Origin: Dokdonella sp.
GTDB lineage: Bacteria > Pseudomonadota > Gammaproteobacteria > Xanthomonadales > Rhodanobacteraceae
Strand: one strand, 5' to 3'
Length of the DNA: 64,000 nt
Assembly (NCBI RefSeq): GCF_016712865.1
Contig: NZ_JADJQH010000004.1
In this document: positions 54,399 to 63,535 of the stretch, piece by piece
Position numbering within the stretch: position 1 is the first letter of the stretch
Layout: the number at the start of each line of letters is the position of its first letter
Made by a program: the position numbers and the translations under genes
The notes under the pieces: generated by a model
The model's database searches: none
What the model was told of the DNA's origin: nothing
What the model saw: the letters and a program-made list of their open reading frames with translations, nothing else

Positions 54399-55991
54399 TC
54401 AGGCGACGAACGTGAACAAGGGCGTCGATGCATCGGCTTGACTGGGCAGCCCACTGCAATCCAGTTGCGGGCAGGCGGCGTTGGCGCGCGCCACCGTGGT
54501 TGCGGCGAGACTGCGCATCTGCGCCAGGCCCTGGCGCAGGCGTTCGCGCACACCGGCATCATCCAGGGTGTCGTGCAGGCGCGCGTTGAGTTCGACAAAC
54601 CAGTCCAGCTCGCGCTGATCGAACATGATCCGGGCGTTGGGTCGGGGACTGACCGCGTACCAGCGCAGCAGGAATGCCTGCATGTCGCGATTGAGCTGGC
54701 TGGCTTCGGCCAGTTCCGCCTGCATCTCGCCGAGCAAGGCGGTATCGGTGAGCCGGTTCTGGAACACCAGTTGGCACAGCACAGCCCAGTAATAGGTGTA
54801 GTCCCAGATCACCTTCATCGACATCACTTCGGCATCGCCAAAGATCGGGTACTGGCCGCGGAACAGGCTCATGGTGTTTTCGTAGAACGAGCGGTACAGC
54901 TGCTCGAACAGGCGCGCGTAAGGCCCCAACGGTTTGTCGGCGCGATCCAGGGCGATCAATTCGGTGACATAGGTGTTGGACATGGCGATGAAGTCGCTGC
55001 CCGGCGAATAGAACGGATCAAGGAACACGCCCGCCTCGCCGGTGAGTGCCCAGCGGTCACCCGAGTACAACTGCTTGCAACCGTGCGAGAAGCCGCGCAG
55101 GAAACGGAAGTCGAGCAGCTTGTCGCGATGCCTCTCGCAGGCATCGGCCACCAGAGGCTGGAATTCACGCAGCCAGTCCAGCGCGCGCTCGAAGGTGTTC
55201 ATCCTGTCCAATGGATGGATGGCCGGATCGCAGACGATGCCAACCGAATGTGCGCCGGAACCCAGTGGAATCAGCCACACCCAGTAGCCCTCGCCGCACA
55301 GGTGATTGGTCGAGCGCCAACGTTCCGGTGGCGAGCAGCGCTGCTGCCATCGCGCATCCGTGATCCATTCGTCCATGGATAGACAGGTATTGATGCGGAA
55401 CCAGACGGCGTTGCAATCGTGGCCATTGGCTTCGGCCAGACCCAGCTTGCGCTTGATGATGGAGGACCTGGAACTGGCATCGACCACCCAGCGCGCAGCG
55501 AACACGCGATCCTCGCCTTCCATGCTGGCGCGCACTTCGTGGTGGGCATCGCCCGTGCCGAAGTCGACGCCGCGCGCGACCGCACCGGCATGCAGGGTGA
55601 TGCCTGCCGCGCGCACGCGCTCGGCCAGATGGTTCTCGAAGATGCCGCGATCCAGTTGCCAGGTTGGCGTGGGCAGCACCACGCTGACGCCAAGCTCGGT
55701 GACGTTCTCCACGTCCCTGCGCCCCTCGCTCCAGAAGAAGCGGAAGCCGAACTTGCGGATGTGCGCGCCATCGAGATGCTCACGCAAACCCAGGGTCTTC
55801 TCGAAATAGTTCGCGCCGATTTCCACGGTGGACTCGCCCACCTTGTGCGCGGCAACCGGCAAGGGAAAGGTATTGCGTTCCAGCACCACGATGTCGAGAT
55901 CGGCAAAACGCTGGCGCAATTGCAGCGCCAGGCATAGACCCGCCAGGCCGCCGCCGAGGATCACCACGTCATGGGCAGTCGCTGGGTTCAT
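54399..55991 (-). CDS. Flavin-dependent halogenase family protein (halogenase 2)
   Basis: ATG 55991. ILGGGLAGLCLA, WxWxIP (GYWVWLIPL), FxxPxxSxG (FLDPFYSPG). 4-nt overlap with the antiporter gene. Confidence 0.8.
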   Translation of the reverse strand: MNPATAHDVVILGGGLAGLCLALQLRQRFADLDIVVLERNTFPLPVAAHKVGESTVEIGANYFEKTLGLREHLDGAHIRKFGFRFFWSEGRRDVENVTELGVSVVLPTPTWQLDRGIFENHLAERVRAAGITLHAGAVARGVDFGTGDAHHEVRASMEGEDRVFAARWVVDASSRSSIIKRKLGLAEANGHDCNAVWFRINTCLSMDEWITDARWQQRCSPPERWRSTNHLCGEGYWVWLIPLGSGAHSVGIVCDPAIHPLDRMNTFERALDWLREFQPLVADACERHRDKLLDFRFLRGFSHGCKQLYSGDRWALTGEAGVFLDPFYSPGSDFIAMSNTYVTELIALDRADKPLGPYARLFEQLYRSFYENTMSLFRGQYPIFGDAEVMSMKVIWDYTYYWAVLCQLVFQNRLTDTALLGEMQAELAEASQLNRDMQAFLLRWYAVSPRPNARIMFDQRELDWFVELNARLHDTLDDAGVRERLRQGLAQMRSLAATTVARANAACPQLDCSGLPSQADASTPLFTFVA

Positions 55992-57253
55992 GGAAGACTC
56001 CGCGGGTTGCGCACGGCTTGCGCATGGGGTTGGGTGGTTCGGCCAAGGCGGCCGAACAGGGCGAGCAGGGGCGTTGTCATCAGCGTAGTGGCTACAGCCA
56101 TGATCATCAGCATGGTGAAGATCGCGCCATCGATCACGCCCAGGTCGAGGCCGATCTTCATGATGATCAATTCCATCAATCCGCGCGCATTCATCAGTGC
56201 GCCGACCGACAAGGCCTGCGGCCAGGCAAGTCCGGCGTGGCGCGCGCCAAGCGCACCACCGACAACCTTTCCGGCCATGGCCGCTACGAGTACCAGGCCC
56301 AGCGCCAGCCACCCGGTCCCGGAAAACGCATCCGCGCTCATGTGCAGGCCGGCGAGCGCGAAGAACACCGGCATCAGCACGATCACCGCCAGATGCTCGA
56401 TACGCTCCACCAGGCAGGCCAGCAGGCGGTTGTCGCGCGGCAGGATCGCGCCAATCAGGAATGCACCAAACACCTCGTGCAAGCCGAGTGCGCGGGTGGC
56501 GGCGGCAGCGGCGAACACCAGGATCAACAACAGGCACAACATCGCCGGCGTTGGCCGTCCATTGTCCGCATACCGTTCAAAGCCGCGTGCCAGCGCAGGT
56601 CGAAGTATCCAGATCGCGAAGCCAACGAGGACCAGGCTGCCGCCCAGAGTGAAGGCAAATCGCTCCCAATCGGTGCGGGAGGAAATCAGTGCCAACGCAA
56701 TTACAAAGCCAGCGAACACATTGTCGAAAGCAGCGGAGGTGAGCGCAAGCCGGCCTTCCGCGGATTCGGTCATGCCGCGTTCCTTGAGGATGCGCGCCAT
56801 CACCGGAAACGCGGTGATCGACAGCGAAGCGGCCATGAACAATGCGAAGGGCCAGAAGGCCACGCCCTGCGGTGCAAACCGGGAATGCAGGAACGGTGCG
56901 ATGGCAAGGCCCAATGCACAGGGCAGCAGCACGCAGGCAAGGCCGATTGCACCGGAAGCGCCCAGGTGTCGGCGTGCGCCACCCGGCAGGCGCAGTTCGG
57001 CGCCCACCACAAACATGAACAGCACCAGGCCAAGCTCGCTCAAGCCTTCCAGCGCAGCCAGGCTGTCAAGCGGAAACAGGGCCGCCTGCCAGTGCGGCGA
57101 CAGGCAACCAAACACCAGCGGACCAAGCACGATGCCGGCCAGCATCTCGCCGATCACCGGTGGTTGGTGGACATGACGCAGCACGGCGGAAAGCAGGCGC
57201 GCCACGCCGAGAATGGCGATCAACTGCAGGAACAGGATCGGCACCGCGCTCAT
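55988..57253 (-). CDS. Cation:proton antiporter (CPA2/Kef-type Na+/H+ exchanger family)
   Basis: 421 aa, ~12 TM. N-terminus ILGVARLLSAVLRHVHQPPVIGEMLAGIVLGP is typical of the family. Confidence 0.85.
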   Translation of the reverse strand: MSAVPILFLQLIAILGVARLLSAVLRHVHQPPVIGEMLAGIVLGPLVFGCLSPHWQAALFPLDSLAALEGLSELGLVLFMFVVGAELRLPGGARRHLGASGAIGLACVLLPCALGLAIAPFLHSRFAPQGVAFWPFALFMAASLSITAFPVMARILKERGMTESAEGRLALTSAAFDNVFAGFVIALALISSRTDWERFAFTLGGSLVLVGFAIWILRPALARGFERYADNGRPTPAMLCLLLILVFAAAAATRALGLHEVFGAFLIGAILPRDNRLLACLVERIEHLAVIVLMPVFFALAGLHMSADAFSGTGWLALGLVLVAAMAGKVVGGALGARHAGLAWPQALSVGALMNARGLMELIIMKIGLDLGVIDGAIFTMLMIMAVATTLMTTPLLALFGRLGRTTQPHAQAVRNPRSLP

Positions 57254-58029
57254 GCACCACCAGCCGTCGCGGCCACGTCCGGGTCGTACACCAACGGCGC
57301 ATGCGAATGCGAACTTCGATAGCTGCCGACCACGCTGCCGTAGTGGATCACGCGCAGGATGGTGTACCAGGTGATGCGGGTAACATCCAGCACGGGGCGA
57401 AAATGGCTGCGCCGGAACTCACCCTTGTAACGCGCATCGATCGGCACCGAAACCACACCCATGCCCAGTTCGCGCACTGCCGCGATCAGGATGGCCGCCT
57501 CGAACACGAAACCGCGTGCCGACAGGTCGATGAGCTGCATCACTTCACGCGGATAGTAGCGTTGTCCACTTTGTGTGTCCGCCACCGGGATGCCGCAACC
57601 CCAGGAGATGCCCCAGTCGGCCACCGCATTGGCGCGTCTTCTGGATGCCGGCTGGCTCTCCTTCGCACGGATGCGCGCGGCGATGACCAGGTGGTCGGGA
57701 TAGCGTTCGGCCGCAGCGAACATGCGCGGGATGTCTGCGGCGTCGTGCTGGCCGTCGCCGTCCATGGTCACCACGGCATCGAAACCGCGATCCAGGATTT
57801 CGCGGAATCCGTCGCGCAGGCTGCAACCCTTGCCCTGTGCGGATGCATGACGGATCAGCTGGATCGGCAGGCCTGCCAATTGATCGAGGGTGGCGTCGGT
57901 GGAGCCATCATCGACCACGAACACATCCGGCAACACCGCAAGCGCTGATTCCACCACGCGACGGATGGCGCGTTCCTCGTTGTAGGCCGGAATGAGAATG
58001 GCGACCCGCCCCAGGCTTTCCAAACTCAC
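57250..58029 (-). CDS. Family 2 glycosyltransferase
   Basis: VAILIPAYNEE, VVDDGSTD, MDGDGQHD motifs. Confidence 0.88.
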   Translation of the reverse strand: MSLESLGRVAILIPAYNEERAIRRVVESALAVLPDVFVVDDGSTDATLDQLAGLPIQLIRHASAQGKGCSLRDGFREILDRGFDAVVTMDGDGQHDAADIPRMFAAAERYPDHLVIAARIRAKESQPASRRRANAVADWGISWGCGIPVADTQSGQRYYPREVMQLIDLSARGFVFEAAILIAAVRELGMGVVSVPIDARYKGEFRRSHFRPVLDVTRITWYTILRVIHYGSVVGSYRSSHSHAPLVYDPDVAATAGGA

Positions 58030-58826
58030 GGCAGAACCTCGATTTGCAAGCCACTCGCGGCGCCGCTGGGCAACTGCATGCGGCTTGGTACACCCGCAGC
58101 GAGTGCAGCCAGCAGGGGCATGGCTTGTGCGGCCATCGGATTTTCACGCGCAAGTTTCTGGAACGATTGCGGGATCGGCGCGGCGTCGGGTTCGGCGGCG
58201 GCACGCATGCCCGGCTGCAGGCGCAGGCGCGGCAAACCGGATCGCGGTGCAGCGATCACCATGGCCACGCCAAACAGACAATCCGATGGCGAAACCGCAG
58301 ACAGGATTTCTGTCGACTGCGCATCGTAGGCCGCCAGCAACACGGGGGATTTCTCGCCCAGCACCTGCACTGCCGCCTCCAGCAAGGCATTGGCAAGACT
58401 GCAATGCCAACTGCTGATCGAGGTGGATGCCTGATGACACTGCGCGGCTATGGTCCAGTAACCTGCGGGCGCGTTGTGCACGGAATTGTGGAAGCGGATC
58501 GGGGAAAGTTCCCGTGGCGCGCCGGCCAGGGTGCTGCACATGTAGTCGGTGATTTGCAGATCACCGTGGGTCGATACGAACACACTGGGCAAGGAATCCA
58601 GCGCTCGTCCCGCGTGCGCACAGGCTTGGCTGGCGACATCGCAGGCAAGCAGCACGGGCATCGGTGCCCGGCGTCGTTCGGCGGGCGGCAGCAGGTCCGC
58701 GCTTGGCCGGGTCACGCCTGCGTCCGCTTCGGCCTCGCCCAGCAATCCGCTGCGCGCCGTGGTCCAGTCGCGCCAACCCGGTGCCCACAGGCCCATGCCT
58801 TCGATGGCGACTTCGAGCGCACTCAT
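58026..58826 (-). CDS. Beta-ketoacyl synthase N-terminal-like protein (chain-length-factor-like, no active-site Cys context)
   Basis: ATG 58826 overlaps the KS stop (ATGA). FHNSVHNAPAGYW pattern typical of APE CLF-like partners. Confidence 0.7.
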   Translation of the reverse strand: MSALEVAIEGMGLWAPGWRDWTTARSGLLGEAEADAGVTRPSADLLPPAERRRAPMPVLLACDVASQACAHAGRALDSLPSVFVSTHGDLQITDYMCSTLAGAPRELSPIRFHNSVHNAPAGYWTIAAQCHQASTSISSWHCSLANALLEAAVQVLGEKSPVLLAAYDAQSTEILSAVSPSDCLFGVAMVIAAPRSGLPRLRLQPGMRAAAEPDAAPIPQSFQKLARENPMAAQAMPLLAALAAGVPSRMQLPSGAASGLQIEVLP

Positions 58827-60019
58827 GCGCGTGCTCCGCGGGCGAAAGCCAGGGTGCAGTTGCTGCCACCGAAACCAAAGGAGTTGCTGAGCGCGACGCG
58901 CACATCGGCGCTTTCGTTTCCAAGCGCCAGTTGCGGGCCGCACAGCGGATCCGGTTGCTCGCAATTGAGCGTGCCGGGAACGAAACCGTGCTGCAGCGCG
59001 ATCAGGCAGATGACCGCTTCCAGGATTCCGGCGGCGCCCAGGGTGTGCCCGGTCCAGCCCTTGCTCGAACTTGCGCGCGTACGCGCCGCGAACGAATCGG
59101 CAACCACCGCGGCTTCCACTTCATCGTTCTTTGGCGTCGCCGTGCCGTGCAGGTTGATGTAGTCAACCGCATCCGCAGCAAGACCCGCGCGCTCCAATGC
59201 ACCCTGCAAGGCAAGCCGCGCACCGAGGCCCTGCGGGTGCGGCGTCGACATGTGATGCGCGTCGCTGGATTCGCCCCAACCGATCAGTTGCGGCGCCGAA
59301 GGACTTGCGTCGCGTTCAAGCAGGGCGAAGCCGGCCGCCTCTCCAATGGATATTCCACAGCGGCGCACATCGAAGGGGCGACAGGCCTGCGGTGCAACCA
59401 GCTCCAGCGCATTGAATCCAAACAGCACGCTGCCACACAGGCTATCCACACCGACCAGCACGGCGGCATCCACCACGCCGAGGCGGATCATGCGCTCGGC
59501 CTTGGCAAAGATCTTGGCACTCGATGAGCACGCCGTTGCCGTGGTCAGGCACGGCCCACGCGTACCCAGGGCCTGCTCCAGAAAGATGCCCAGCGAATGC
59601 GGCGTGTGCACCGGCGGTCGTCGCAGGTCGTGTGCGATGCGTCCGCCATCCAGTCGCGCATAGGCTTCTTCGGTGGCGCCAATGCTCGAAGTGGACGTCG
59701 CCGCCAGCAGGGCCACGCGATCCGCGCCGTGGCGCGCAATCGCCGCACGCACCTGCGCCAGAAAATCATCCTGCTGGATGCCGAGCCAGGCCAGGCGGTT
59801 GTTGCGGCACTCGAACAGGGCGTGTTCATCGGGCAGGGCGGCCTGTTCCAAACCATCGACGCGGCCGATGGCACATTCCAGCGCAACCGCGGTGAAGTCA
59901 TTGGCCCGCAGTCCGCTGTGTCGCGCGCGCAAGGCTTCGAGGTGGGCACGCAGGCCGCGGCCTAGCGCCGAGGTTGCCGTATGGGCGGTGATGGATACCG
60001 GTCGAATGGGGGCAGGCAC
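58823..60019 (-). CDS. Beta-ketoacyl-ACP synthase (KAS I/II-like, APE cluster KS)
   Basis: TTATACSSSA (active-site Cys), HGTATP, SSKGWTGHTLGAAG, NSFGFGGSNCTL. GTG start. Confidence 0.88.
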   Translation of the reverse strand: MPAPIRPVSITAHTATSALGRGLRAHLEALRARHSGLRANDFTAVALECAIGRVDGLEQAALPDEHALFECRNNRLAWLGIQQDDFLAQVRAAIARHGADRVALLAATSTSSIGATEEAYARLDGGRIAHDLRRPPVHTPHSLGIFLEQALGTRGPCLTTATACSSSAKIFAKAERMIRLGVVDAAVLVGVDSLCGSVLFGFNALELVAPQACRPFDVRRCGISIGEAAGFALLERDASPSAPQLIGWGESSDAHHMSTPHPQGLGARLALQGALERAGLAADAVDYINLHGTATPKNDEVEAAVVADSFAARTRASSSKGWTGHTLGAAGILEAVICLIALQHGFVPGTLNCEQPDPLCGPQLALGNESADVRVALSNSFGFGGSNCTLAFARGARA

Positions 60020-60064
60020 GCAGCATCCGCAGTTCTTGGTTGCCGCGAGTATAGCGAGAGGTGC

Positions 60065-61087
60065 TCATGCGTCGAAACGTGCAAACACCTCGATGCTGCG
60101 CTCGATGGCATCGTCGTCGATGTCCAGGTGGGTGACCAGGCGCACGCTGGGCAGATAGCCGATGCTGGCGCGGATGCCGGCTGCTGCAAGATGCCGACGC
60201 AGGGCATCCAGCCGCGCAAGCGGCACGTCGATGAACACCATGTTGGTGTGGCAAGCGCGCACTTCGATGGCACGCGCCCTGCCCAAACCCTTTGCCAAAC
60301 GCGCGGCGCGCGCATGGTCTTCGGCCAGCCTGTCCACATGGTGATCGAGCGCATGCAATGCCGCAGCGGCCAGCACGCCGGATTGACGCATGCCGCCGCC
60401 CAGCATCTTGCGCCAGCGCCGCGCGCAGGCAATCACCTGCGCAGTACCGACCAGCACGGACCCGACCGGTGCGCCGAGACCCTTGGACAGACAGATGGAA
60501 ACCGTATCGAAACCCTCTACGAGTGCGGCCGGCGTGCGCCCGCTGGCAATCGCCGCATTGAAGATGCGCGCTCCATCCAGATGCGTGGCCAGTCCCTGCG
60601 CACGCGCCCATGACGTTGCAGCGGACACATACTCCGGATCGAGCACACGCCCATGCCAGGTGTTTTCCAGGGTCAGCAGGCGCGTGCGCGCAAAGTGCAC
60701 GTCATCCGGCTTCACCGCTTTCACAAGCGCTGCCAGCGGCAGGCTGCCGTCCTCGGCGTTGGCAATCGGCTGTGGCTGGATCGAGCCGAGTACCGCAGCG
60801 CCTCCGGCTTCGTACTTGTAGGTGTGCGCTTCCATGCCGACCAGATATTCATCGCCGCGCTGGCAATGGGCGAGCAAGGCACACAGGTTGGATTGGGTGC
60901 CACTGGGCACGAACATGCCTTTCTCGAAACCAAACGCCTGCGCCAGGCGTGACTCGAGTTGTTTGACGGTCGGATCCTCTCCATACACGTCATCACCAAC
61001 GTCGGCGCGTGCCATGGCCTCGCGCATGGCGAGGGTCGGCCGGGTCACGGTATCGCTGCGCAGGTCGACCAGCACGGGTGTGCTCAT
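60065..61087 (-). CDS. ltaE: Low-specificity L-threonine aldolase
   Basis: DLRSDTVTRPT, GDDVYGEDPT, FVPSGTQSNL, LSKGLGAPVGS (PLP Lys). Confidence 0.88.
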   Translation of the reverse strand: MSTPVLVDLRSDTVTRPTLAMREAMARADVGDDVYGEDPTVKQLESRLAQAFGFEKGMFVPSGTQSNLCALLAHCQRGDEYLVGMEAHTYKYEAGGAAVLGSIQPQPIANAEDGSLPLAALVKAVKPDDVHFARTRLLTLENTWHGRVLDPEYVSAATSWARAQGLATHLDGARIFNAAIASGRTPAALVEGFDTVSICLSKGLGAPVGSVLVGTAQVIACARRWRKMLGGGMRQSGVLAAAALHALDHHVDRLAEDHARAARLAKGLGRARAIEVRACHTNMVFIDVPLARLDALRRHLAAAGIRASIGYLPSVRLVTHLDIDDDAIERSIEVFARFDA

Positions 61088-61100
61088 GATGACGAGCGCT

Positions 61101-61649
61101 TCAAAGCATTCTGCGCAAGGTGTCGTCGCGGCGGACGAGGTGGTGGTAGACCGCGGCCAGCACATGCAAGCCGATCACCCAGTAGAAGATTTCGCCGATC
61201 GTTCCGTGCAGGTCTTCCAGTTGATGGGCGAGTTCCTTGTCCGGCGCAATCGGCGCAGGCAAGGCAATGTCGGTGAACGGCAGGTACAGGATCTTTCCAT
61301 CGGTCCAGGCCGTGGCCAGACCCAGCACCGGCATGATCAGGAAGAAGGCATACAAGGCGACATGCCCCAACTTTGAAAAGCCCGCCTGCCATGCCGGCAA
61401 CGCGGGCGTAACCGGGGGTGCGCCGTGGCGCATGCGGAAGGCCAACCGCCAGCCGACCAGGAAAAACACGGTGAGACCCAGCCAGAAGTGGGATTGCATC
61501 ATGGCAAAGCGTGCTGTCGAACCACGTTCGAACAAACCGCGCTGCTCGATGGCGACATACACGACCAGGATGAGCAAGGCCATCAACCAGTGCAATCGAC
61601 GCAGGACAGGCGCATAGCGGGGGGATGCATTCACGACAACGATCTCCAC
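61101..61649 (-). CDS. Cytochrome b561 family protein
   Basis: LHWLMALLIL...HFWLGL...HGTIGEIFYWVIGLHVLAAVYHH haem-ligand His pattern. Confidence 0.85.
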   Translation of the reverse strand: MEIVVVNASPRYAPVLRRLHWLMALLILVVYVAIEQRGLFERGSTARFAMMQSHFWLGLTVFFLVGWRLAFRMRHGAPPVTPALPAWQAGFSKLGHVALYAFFLIMPVLGLATAWTDGKILYLPFTDIALPAPIAPDKELAHQLEDLHGTIGEIFYWVIGLHVLAAVYHHLVRRDDTLRRML

Positions 61650-61795
61650 GGATCTCTGGCTGGTGCGAACAGTGTCGCGTGCGCATCGACACGCGTCCAG
61701 AGACCATTCGTCACACCCGGCGGCAATCCAGCGACCTGAATACGCATCACGCGAACGTCACTGGCTCGCCGTCGCCGGTAGGCTAAACTTGGCGC

Positions 61796-62566
61796 ATGAA
61801 ACTCGCCAGCTGGAATGTGAACTCGCTCAATGTGCGGCTGCCGCATGTGGAGCAGTGGTGTGCGCTGGCGCAGCCGGATGTGCTCGGCATTCAGGAAACC
61901 AAGCTGGAAGATACAAAGTTTCCGCGTGCGGCGATCGAGGCGATGGGCTATCAGGTCGCCTTCTGCGGGCAGAAGACCTACAACGGTGTGGCCTTGCTGG
62001 CCAGGCAGCCGATTCATGATGTGGTGACAGACATTGCAGGCCTGGATGACCCGCAACGCCGCATTCTGGTTGCGACCGTCGGAAGCATGCGCATCGCCAA
62101 TCTCTATGTGGTCAACGGCCAGGCCGTGGGCAGCGAAAAGTTCGCCTACAAACTGGATTGGCTGGACAAGGTCACGCGCCATCTTGAGAGCGAGCTGCGC
62201 AATGATCCGCGCTTGCTGGTGATGGGTGATTTCAACATTGCGCCGGAGGATCGCGACGTCTACGATCCGGTTGCCTGGCATGAACAGATTCTTTGCTCGA
62301 CTCCCGAACGCCAGGCGCTCAAGCGCATTCTTGATCTCGGCCTGCGTGACAGTTTCCGCGCCTTCAATGACGCGGCGGGCATGTACAGCTGGTGGGACTA
62401 TCGCCAGGCCGGTTTCCGTCGCAACCTTGGCTTGCGCATTGACCTGATATTGGCCAGTGAGGCGATCATGCAGAATGCTTGTGCGGCTTCCATCGACCGC
62501 GAACCACGGACCTGGGAGCGTCCTTCCGACCATACGCCGGTGATGCTGGAACTTGCCGATGACTGA
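61796..62566 (+). CDS. xthA: Exodeoxyribonuclease III
   Basis: MKLASWNVNSLNVRL, GIQETK, GDFNIAPEDRD, SDHTPV. Confidence 0.92.
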   Translation: MKLASWNVNSLNVRLPHVEQWCALAQPDVLGIQETKLEDTKFPRAAIEAMGYQVAFCGQKTYNGVALLARQPIHDVVTDIAGLDDPQRRILVATVGSMRIANLYVVNGQAVGSEKFAYKLDWLDKVTRHLESELRNDPRLLVMGDFNIAPEDRDVYDPVAWHEQILCSTPERQALKRILDLGLRDSFRAFNDAAGMYSWWDYRQAGFRRNLGLRIDLILASEAIMQNACAASIDREPRTWERPSDHTPVMLELADD

Positions 62567-63218
62567 ATCCGATTGGCCCGCTTCGCTGGCTGACTTCGAA
62601 CTGGAAGAGCTCGACCAGTACCTGCGCGCGCATCCCGGCGATGCGCGCTTGCTGCTGGATGGGGTACACGGTTTGCTGACATCCCTGGCCATTGGCCCGT
62701 CGCCAGCGATGCCGGACGAATGGTTGCCGGAAATCCTGCACGAGCCGTTTGCCGATGCCGAGGAGGGCGAGCGCATCCTGACCTTGCTCGCACGCCTCAA
62801 TGATTCCGTGCTGCTGGAAATCGAGACCGGATCCTATGAGCCGATTCTGGGCGAGATCGACACCGATGATGGCTCGACCGCATTCACATCGCGCGGCTGG
62901 TGTGAAGGATTCAGTCGTGGCATCGACCTGCGTGCGGCGACCTGGGAATCACGCCTGGGCCAGGATTCCGATCTCATGCAATACCTCGGCCCGATCATCG
63001 CGCTCTCGATCGAGGATGAAGTCTTCGACAGCGATGCGGAGTTCGCCGCCTTGACCGACGAGGAATATGGCGAATGCCTGGCCCGGATTCCGGATTCCAT
63101 TGGCGCCGTGGCCAACTACTGGCGCGAGAACCCGGCCAGCGCCGATGAGCAAGTCGCCCGCGATCCCGGCGACGCACCTACGCCGCCGCGCCGCCGTGGC
63201 GGGCGCTGGGTGCATTAA
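62559..63218 (+). CDS. UPF0149 (YecA/YgfB-like) family protein
   Basis: ATG 62559 overlaps the xthA end. LDGVHGLLTSLAIGP...WCEGFSRG pattern. Confidence 0.75.
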   Translation: MTESDWPASLADFELEELDQYLRAHPGDARLLLDGVHGLLTSLAIGPSPAMPDEWLPEILHEPFADAEEGERILTLLARLNDSVLLEIETGSYEPILGEIDTDDGSTAFTSRGWCEGFSRGIDLRAATWESRLGQDSDLMQYLGPIIALSIEDEVFDSDAEFAALTDEEYGECLARIPDSIGAVANYWRENPASADEQVARDPGDAPTPPRRRGGRWVH

Positions 63219-63259
63219 GTCAAAGCTGATCACGTTCTGCGTGTCCAATGCGCATCAAG

Positions 63260-63370
63260 CAATGAGCGCATGGCGCCTGGATTCCGTTCATGGTTCGACG
63301 AGCTCACCACGAACGGAATTATTTGCTCAGAGCTCGTTGACCGGCAACATAGAATCTCTCCACGAACGGA
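63260..63370. repeat. Family B repeat units
   Basis: aatgagcgcatggcgcct...ccgttcatggttcgacgagctcaccacgaacgg parallels 36961-37018. Also an inverted copy of the gattctatgttgccggtcaac module. Confidence 0.8.
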
Positions 63371-63417
63371 AGCGACTTGATCAGCCTTGCCTTAACGGCT
63401 GTCGTGCTAGGGAAACC

Positions 63418-63513
63418 CTGAACAAGTACGGAACTCATTCGTCGCGAGCAAGCTCGCTCCCACAAGATCAAGCAATGGTGGGAGCGAGCTTGCTCGCGAC
63501 AATATTTGTTCAG
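63418..63513. repeat. 96-nt palindromic intergenic element, family A, copy 3
   Basis: Near-identical to copies 1 and 2. Flanked by ~20-nt direct repeats at 63391-63410 and 63520-63539. Confidence 0.85.
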
Positions 63514-63535
63514 AGCTTCCCTAACGGCCGTCGTG

